A stretch of 64,000 nucleotides of DNA, from contig SXIK01000066.1 of assembly GCA_005772855.1 (NCBI GenBank), positions 1,532 to 65,531 of the forward strand, read 5' to 3'. Shown here piece by piece: positions 58,263 through 64,000 of the stretch. Both the position numbers and the translations under genes were made by a program. The stretch is from Planctomycetia bacterium (GTDB lineage Bacteria > Planctomycetota > UBA8108 > SXIK01). Every line of letters begins with the position of its first letter. Position 1 is the first letter of the stretch. The notes under the pieces were generated by a model. The model saw only the letters and a program-made list of their open reading frames with translations. It was not told the origin of the DNA and made no database searches.

Positions 58263-59372
58263 ATGAGAGCGCTTCATGTCTTTTTTTCAAGCGTCAACGA
58301 GCCCCAGCACAAGTTCCTCGGCACCACGAAGGACATCCGGGGCCGAACACAGTATTTCAAGAGGCGTGGCGTCGAATATCAGGAGCTGATTCTGAAAGTC
58401 CGCGAGGAGAAGTATTTCCTCAACGGCCTCAAGCAGGTCGACCTGAGGCAATTCGATGTTGCCATGATCGAGGGAACCTATTTCCCCCGTTCCTTGGCAG
58501 CCATCAAGAAGGTGAACCCAGGCCTGAAAGTGCTCCTGCGGGCCATCAATGCCGAAATCCTCCACTGGCTCCATAGCGCGGAAGCCGCGCTCCGTTTCGA
58601 CACCTGGAAGCGCGTTCTCTTCGACTTGAAGAGCACCATCAACTTCGGCTTGAAGGACATCCGGTGCGCTCGCAGTGCCGACTACATTCTTTCGATCGCT
58701 GAGTGGGAGACGAGACACTACTGGCCAAGCCTTGCCCCCAGTGCCCGAGTCCGCACGCTGCCATACTTTTTGCCCGATTCCTACCTTGAAGAAATTCCCT
58801 CTACCCGTACCAAGTCGACCCGCTGTGTCTGCATGATGACCACGAAGGCGAATCGGCCGTTTCTCGTCGACGCCGCCCGAAACTTCTACCGTCTTGTAAG
58901 CTCCCTCGGCCCCTCCGAGGGCCACTGGAGCTTCGACATCACCGGCGACTTCCACAGGGAGAAGCTACCCAAGTGCCCCCGTATCGAGGTGAAGGGGCTC
59001 CTTGAGAATCCGCTTGAGCTGTTGCGGGAGTCGCGAGCTGTCGCACTCCTCTCCGACTACGGCTTTGGCTTCAAGACGAAGCTCCTGGAGGCCATCTGTT
59101 GCGGTTGCCGTGTGCTCGTCACCGAAAAGCTCTTCGAACGACTGCCACGCGACGTCCAACGGTTTGCGATCGTGGTCGATCCGAATTCGGTGGAGTCCTT
59201 CCGTGACGCGCTCGGCCGCTCGCTCGATCCGTTCCCCCCGGGCGACGTGAACGCGGAGCTGAGGCGGGAGAACTTCGCCGCGCTGGACGCAATCTTCGGC
59301 GTCGAATCTGGTTCCGCGTCCGCGCCGAGGCACCCAGTCCAGCGCCTTCAGGCAATCGTCTCGGCGGGGTAG
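58263..59372 (+). CDS. Glycosyltransferase, GT-B fold (group-1/GT4-like)
   Basis: C-terminal Rossmann half with ALLSDYGFGFKTKLLEAICCGCRVLV (the EX7E-like donor-binding region of GT4 enzymes). Confidence 0.6.
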   Translation: MRALHVFFSSVNEPQHKFLGTTKDIRGRTQYFKRRGVEYQELILKVREEKYFLNGLKQVDLRQFDVAMIEGTYFPRSLAAIKKVNPGLKVLLRAINAEILHWLHSAEAALRFDTWKRVLFDLKSTINFGLKDIRCARSADYILSIAEWETRHYWPSLAPSARVRTLPYFLPDSYLEEIPSTRTKSTRCVCMMTTKANRPFLVDAARNFYRLVSSLGPSEGHWSFDITGDFHREKLPKCPRIEVKGLLENPLELLRESRAVALLSDYGFGFKTKLLEAICCGCRVLVTEKLFERLPRDVQRFAIVVDPNSVESFRDALGRSLDPFPPGDVNAELRRENFAALDAIFGVESGSASAPRHPVQRLQAIVSAG

Positions 59373-61045
59373 ACAAACGGTAACCCTTCGAGAATCCCGG
59401 CGCAAATGACGTCAAGGCCTCTCGCGCGGCCTGGAAGCAGGTCGCTCAGGGAGCGGCATCGAACAAGGAACTCGCCATCCTTCTCGGGTTGTTCGATGAA
59501 GGGGATCGGAATCATACGGCGAAAGAAGAAGTGGTAGGCGTACTTCCTCGCCCTTTGAAGCTTGTCCGGCGAAAGCCTGTCGCGAAGTGGGAGAGTGTCG
59601 AGGATCCGCCGGTACTCGTCGGGCGAGGAAGCGTCGAGCGAAAAGCCCTTACCGCGAATCCACGCCTCGCCTGCCACGATCACGGGAACACCCAGGCTCG
59701 AGACTTCGATGCCTGTCTTCGTATTGAAGATGATCACAGCATTCGAGTGCTCGGAGAGGCTGTAGGTGCTCACCTCGCTCTCGGGCCCGACCATGAAGAC
59801 GTTTCTTGGCAAGGTCGGGAAGACCTTCAGAATCTCGGGCATCAGAAGCTGACGTGAGGGAATTCCGCCCCGTAACTCGGCAGGGTGAACGCGGACCACA
59901 AGGTCAAGATCAGGTCGGTCCTGGAAATAACGGATGGTCTCGAGGACCCACTCCAGCATGCTCGGGAAGGCATTGGATCGATAGTGGAGCCGAGCATCCC
60001 ACAGGACATTCGTGAGGAGCGCAATGGTGGGACGGCTGAAATCGTTGCCGATCTCCCGGGCAATCTTCTTCGCGTCCTCCTGAGGCTCATTGTGGAACCA
60101 GATCCAATCCTGTTTTCCCAGGCGGCGACTCTGGAGATACTCCATGGCGTCGCGCTCGAACTTTTCGGACCAGCACATCCCTTCCCATTCACCTGGAGGC
60201 TCCGAGATCATTGTGTGGTGGTAACTATCCCCGTGGCTGAAGATAAACGAGCTCTTGCGGTACGCGGGGTTCCAGTTGACGACGCGCACGCCCCACCGTC
60301 GGCAGACCTCGCCCACCAAACCCTGCGGGACATAGATCCCGTGGTTGAAGCAGGCCACTTCGTACTTGCCTTCCTCCAGCACCGCCCCGGTTGCAAAGAC
60401 AGTGAGAAGCGCGGAGTAAAGGTAGTGCCGGACAAGCTCCTCCGCGTACGGCTCGCCCTCGAAGTCGCCCCGAGCGAAGTAACGTAGGGCCCCTGCAATG
60501 GCGTGCTCCCCCACCGCCAGGCCTTCGTGCCGATAGTGAGCAACATCGGACACTGGGATTGCCGTTGCGATGTCGCGAGCCCGGGCCTTCTGCTCAAGGC
60601 TCACGGACTTCCCGAGCCAGTGCGTCTTGAGGCCGAGAGGCTCGAAGATCCGCCGTCCGCGCTTCTCACACTGCCCGCAACGAGGCTGCGGCGGGGCTTC
60701 GCGAAGGCCTTTCGGGGAGACCCCACCCCACTCCGTCATCTGGCAGCCTGACAGGGCGCTATCGCAAAGAAAGATACCGACATCCGCACCTCGCAGCGTC
60801 AACGCCACCGCAAGCGAGGTCTCGACAAGCACTCCGAGATGGAATCCTCCCGCGCCAGGAGCGATGAGCACGCGGGGCCCTCCCCGGGCGACCGCCACGG
60901 CCCCCCTCCAAGCGGCCTCGTCGGCGGCAAGGAGCTGGCGCCAGGGATCCCACACGTCGGCCGGATCGCCGGTCATGCCCCTGAAAACCTGGCGGAGACG
61001 GTCGAGCAATGCCACCTCGTGCCTCAAGCCCTTTCCACGTACCAA
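59348..61045 (-). CDS. Capsule-polysaccharide-biosynthesis-like protein (KpsS/KpsC-type family, tentative)
   Basis: 565 aa, cytoplasmic-looking. Overall resemblance to Capsule_synth-type proteins that sit next to GT and carbamoyltransferase genes; family assignment is weak. The N-terminus overlaps the upstream gene stop by about 22 nt, so the true start may be the internal MTGDPADVW. Confidence 0.5.
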   Translation of the reverse strand: MVRGKGLRHEVALLDRLRQVFRGMTGDPADVWDPWRQLLAADEAAWRGAVAVARGGPRVLIAPGAGGFHLGVLVETSLAVALTLRGADVGIFLCDSALSGCQMTEWGGVSPKGLREAPPQPRCGQCEKRGRRIFEPLGLKTHWLGKSVSLEQKARARDIATAIPVSDVAHYRHEGLAVGEHAIAGALRYFARGDFEGEPYAEELVRHYLYSALLTVFATGAVLEEGKYEVACFNHGIYVPQGLVGEVCRRWGVRVVNWNPAYRKSSFIFSHGDSYHHTMISEPPGEWEGMCWSEKFERDAMEYLQSRRLGKQDWIWFHNEPQEDAKKIAREIGNDFSRPTIALLTNVLWDARLHYRSNAFPSMLEWVLETIRYFQDRPDLDLVVRVHPAELRGGIPSRQLLMPEILKVFPTLPRNVFMVGPESEVSTYSLSEHSNAVIIFNTKTGIEVSSLGVPVIVAGEAWIRGKGFSLDASSPDEYRRILDTLPLRDRLSPDKLQRARKYAYHFFFRRMIPIPFIEQPEKDGEFLVRCRSLSDLLPGRARGLDVICAGILEGLPFVYPAETIA

Positions 61046-62871
61046 CGCGAAATCGCCAGGCCGTCGACCCAGCCGTTCAGCAGGTGACCTATCGCATCAG
61101 CCGGGCTTCCGACCATCGGCAGACCGTGCCGGTTGAACGAAGTATTGATCAGGACGCCCACGCCCGTCCGTCGCTTGAATTCCTGAAGAAGTTTGAAGGC
61201 CCATGGGTTGTCTGCCTCGCACACGACCTGTGGCCGCAGAGTACCATCGACGTGCACGACGGCTGGCACCGTCCTTTGGGCATGGTCGGAAGCCTTGACA
61301 GAAAAAGTCATGTGGCGGTAGTCGGTCGAACCCTCCCAGTAAAGGTGCGCATCCGACTCGAGCAACATGGGCGCGAACGGGACGAACAGCTCCCGTCCTT
61401 TCAGGATCAGGTTAATTCGGTCTTTCACGGCCACGAAGCGTGGGTCAGCGAGCACCGAGCGGTTCCCGAGAGCCCGCGGACCCAGCTCCAGTCGGCCCTG
61501 AAAGGTACCAATGACTTTGCCGTCGATGAGCGCCTGCGCGAGGCGCTCGTGGGTGCCTTCCTCGATCCTCAGACGGTGCGCCTCGGATCCCTGCCTGAGG
61601 CGATCCTCGATCACTTCTTCGGTGAACGCATGGCCGAGATACGGCGTCGTGAGGCGGCAAGGCGAGGTGACTGCGCCGGCCTGGTAAAGGGCCTCCATCG
61701 CCGCCCCGACCGAAAGCCCACTGTCCGCAGAGTCGGGAAAAACAAAGAAGCGAGCGGGAGCAAGCTCGTCACGAATGAGCGAGTTCGCCTTCACGTTGAG
61801 CATTACACCGCCCGCGGCGGCGATCGACCTCGAGCCCGTAATTCGGAGCGCATCGCGAGCATACTCGACCATGTTCCTCTGGAAGTGCTCCTGAGCGAAC
61901 CCCGCGAACTGCTCCCGCGACATGCGTCCCAGGAGCTTCTTGAACTCCTCACTCTGACTCACACTAGAGAGCGGGTTCGGCACCTCACGCCCGGGGTTGT
62001 ATTTGTTGTAGTCGCGGAACTTCCAGGTAATCCTGGATCGCAGGACGCCGTCGTGCACGCTCACGATCCCGTCGAAGGGGTTGGGACCCAAGTTCGGCTG
62101 GCCTGCGGCCGCGAGGCCCATCGTCTTGTACTCACCGTCTGCTGGAACAAAGCCGAGCGCCTCGGTCACGGCCTGGTAAAAGGCGCCCAGGCTGTGCTCC
62201 TTCAGGCTCTTGCGGACAAGCTCCATGCGGCCGTCGGGATAGCCACGAAAGGTTGCCGCGCAGATTCCGTCGCCCTTGCCGTCGAGACTCATCACGCAGG
62301 CGTCCTCGAGCCCCGAAAGTCGGAAAGCCGAAGCTGCGTGGGCGCGGTGGTGATGAATGTAGTAATGCGCAATGCGCCCGTCAAGAAGCCCGACTTCCTC
62401 CAGGAACGCTTCCTGGAAGATCCAGTGGCGTGGCGCAAACTCACCCCACTGGCTCCGGACCTCGGCCATTCGCTTCTTGCGCCTTCGATCACCGTTTGAG
62501 AGGCTCTCCTGAATCAGCTGTCTGGCAGTCTCGAGCAAACCCTTGCTCGTCAGTGGCTCCTTCACCCCTTTGGCTTCCCGCGAAGGAGTACACGATCCGT
62601 CAAGTTCGACCACACAATGACGGACATGACTTGGATAAAAAACGTTCTTGGTGGAAATTGCGAAGAGATCAATATCCTTCGCGGTGATCCCGCAGGTCTC
62701 GAGCACCCTGCGGATGGCCTGGCAGGGAAAACCATAGTAGTGCTTCAGGCGGTTGATGCGATCCTCGGGCAAGGCGCAAAGGACTCCATCAGCGTTGCAG
62801 ATCGCGGCAGAGGCGTCATGGGCCCAGTGAATACCCAGGGCAATGGGGCGTTTGAGCTCTCCTCTGAACAT
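61024..62871 (-). CDS. Carbamoyltransferase (NodU/CmcH/NovN family)
   Basis: N-terminal ASKH-like domain with ALGIHWAHDASAAIC and YIHHHRAHAASAF (His-rich metal site). C-terminal YrdC-like domain ...INTSFNRHGLPMV; 615 aa. Confidence 0.85.
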   Translation of the reverse strand: MFRGELKRPIALGIHWAHDASAAICNADGVLCALPEDRINRLKHYYGFPCQAIRRVLETCGITAKDIDLFAISTKNVFYPSHVRHCVVELDGSCTPSREAKGVKEPLTSKGLLETARQLIQESLSNGDRRRKKRMAEVRSQWGEFAPRHWIFQEAFLEEVGLLDGRIAHYYIHHHRAHAASAFRLSGLEDACVMSLDGKGDGICAATFRGYPDGRMELVRKSLKEHSLGAFYQAVTEALGFVPADGEYKTMGLAAAGQPNLGPNPFDGIVSVHDGVLRSRITWKFRDYNKYNPGREVPNPLSSVSQSEEFKKLLGRMSREQFAGFAQEHFQRNMVEYARDALRITGSRSIAAAGGVMLNVKANSLIRDELAPARFFVFPDSADSGLSVGAAMEALYQAGAVTSPCRLTTPYLGHAFTEEVIEDRLRQGSEAHRLRIEEGTHERLAQALIDGKVIGTFQGRLELGPRALGNRSVLADPRFVAVKDRINLILKGRELFVPFAPMLLESDAHLYWEGSTDYRHMTFSVKASDHAQRTVPAVVHVDGTLRPQVVCEADNPWAFKLLQEFKRRTGVGVLINTSFNRHGLPMVGSPADAIGHLLNGWVDGLAISRWYVERA

Positions 62872-63775
62872 GCGGCTCCTCTGACAACCAGTTCCTCCAC
62901 TTCAGACGCAGCGCACACAATCTGTAGGAAGCGGGGGGGGATTGCAAGGCCCCCCCGGCGCGTGGCGTTCACGCAGCAGGAAAGCCCTTCTCACTCCAGA
63001 TTGAAATGAAGCACCCTGGATTGGGCATGAACCACGTCCTGGGTGCAGAGCGCACCAACGGCGCTGGAGGCACGCGGCGCTTATCGAGCACCGAGGAGGG
63101 GGGGCAGGGCAACCAAGGCGGGAGCCCTGACGCCCGGAGGCGCACGCGTGGCGTGCGACCGGAGGGGGGCCCGGCTCACGTGCGGGGCACGTGACGGAGT
63201 GACGCCGCGAGGCAGCCGGTTCGGCGAAGGTCTTCCTGCCCACGAGGAGCATCATCAAACTTTATCTGCACTTGGGCTGGGTGCATGGCACTTCGGGAGA
63301 AGCATTTCTGACACACGCAACATCCAAGTCAACCGCTGTCAGGCGCAACGATCCCGGGAGCTTTACGGCTTTTTTTCGGCGTAAACAAGGGCGAAATACG
63401 CTGTGGTCCCGGCCAGCAGGGGTGCTCACAATCCTGTTCGCCTGCCCTCAGGTGGAAAGTTGACGCTCGGGCTCTCTCCCTTTTCTCCCGGGCTCCTCGC
63501 TTACGAGATCCGTGCCAGCAAGCTGAAATTTCGCCTTTACAAGACCGCAAGCCAATGGCAACATTTCGCCTCCGTGGAGTCGTCGAATCATGCTCAGCGA
63601 AGGTCATGCACCGTTCAAACCGAGAGAGATTCTCCTGAAATGGTGAATGGCGCCCATTCTTACCCCCCCTCGCTCAAGGTCCTGATTTGTCGTCAGCAAA
63701 ACTTGAAGCATTGCCTCCCCATTCGACCAACTGTGCGATCTCTCCAGTGCTGTTCGCTGTCAACAGGAGCCGCAG

Positions 63776-64000
63776 ATGCCTGATGTCTTACCGCGTGTAA
63801 ATCACCCTCGTGACCTCAAGGCATTGAGCCTTGACGAGATGCGCCAACTCGCGGGCGAGATTCGCCAGCGTATCATGGAGGTGGTTAACGCGAACGGCGG
63901 CCACTTGGGCTCCAATCTCGGCACCGTGGAGATGACGATCGCGTTGCACAGGGTTTTTGACTTTCCTCAAGATCGTCTCGTCTGGGACGTCAGCCACCAG
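63776..64000 (+). CDS. dxs: 1-deoxy-D-xylulose-5-phosphate synthase, N-terminal 75 codons (runs off the window end)
   Basis: My own translation from the ATG at 63776 (AGGAG RBS upstream): MPDVLPRVNHPRDLKALSLDEMRQLAGEIRQRIMEVVNANGGHLGSNLGTVEMTIALHRVFDFPQDRLVWDVSHQ. This matches the conserved Dxs N-terminus including GGHLGS and DR[LI]VWDV[GS]HQ. It is absent from the ORF track because there is no stop in the window. Confidence 0.85.
   Translation, partial: MPDVLPRVNHPRDLKALSLDEMRQLAGEIRQRIMEVVNANGGHLGSNLGTVEMTIALHRVFDFPQDRLVWDVSHQ

Noticed and set aside
1-64000. tRNA, rRNA or other structured RNA genes
   Set aside because: I found no cloverleaf-compatible region of 70-90 nt with conserved T-loop/GTTC elements and no rDNA-like stretches by eye. 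Absence cannot be proven without tRNAscan or Infernal.

Overview
This is a 64-kb, high-GC (about 65%) chromosomal window from a diderm bacterium. It is gene-dense, with about 40 CDS. Antisense ORFs are frequent, as expected at this GC content. I saw no rRNA, tRNA, CRISPR array, transposase or integrase.

Confident housekeeping calls are ispG, the 5' end of dxs, hemH, a BamA/Omp85-like protein, an M24 peptidase, an FGGY sugar kinase and an ABC ATPase. Other recognisable content:
- a four-gene molybdenum-hydroxylase (xanthine dehydrogenase/CoxSLMG-like) operon;
- an OprO/P-like porin;
- an ABC-2 permease fused to a GldG-like domain;
- a MoxR-like AAA+ ATPase with a large partner gene;
- a c-di-GMP-rich region with two HD-GYP proteins and an FHA-GGDEF cyclase;
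- a polysaccharide-modification cluster (GT-C membrane protein, GT4, KpsS-like protein, carbamoyltransferase).

The most unusual region is a same-strand cluster of eight genes at roughly 36.0-55.5 kb. It encodes a 909-aa protein with FtsZ/tubulin-superfamily GTPase motifs, a 1762-aa signal-peptide protein with an N-terminal von Willebrand A domain, a transmembrane protein, three hypothetical proteins, a 1431-aa Ser/Thr kinase fused to a STAND-like NTPase and TPR repeats, and an FHA-GGDEF protein. I could not match this arrangement to any characterised system.

A perfect (AGTCACC)x10 heptanucleotide microsatellite sits in a divergent promoter region at about 27.2 kb.

Coordinates follow the supplied ORF track and include the stop codon. 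I shortened several N-termini to the first plausible ATG/RBS. My by-eye nucleotide indexing gave off-by-one disagreements with the track in a few places, so I treated the track as authoritative.
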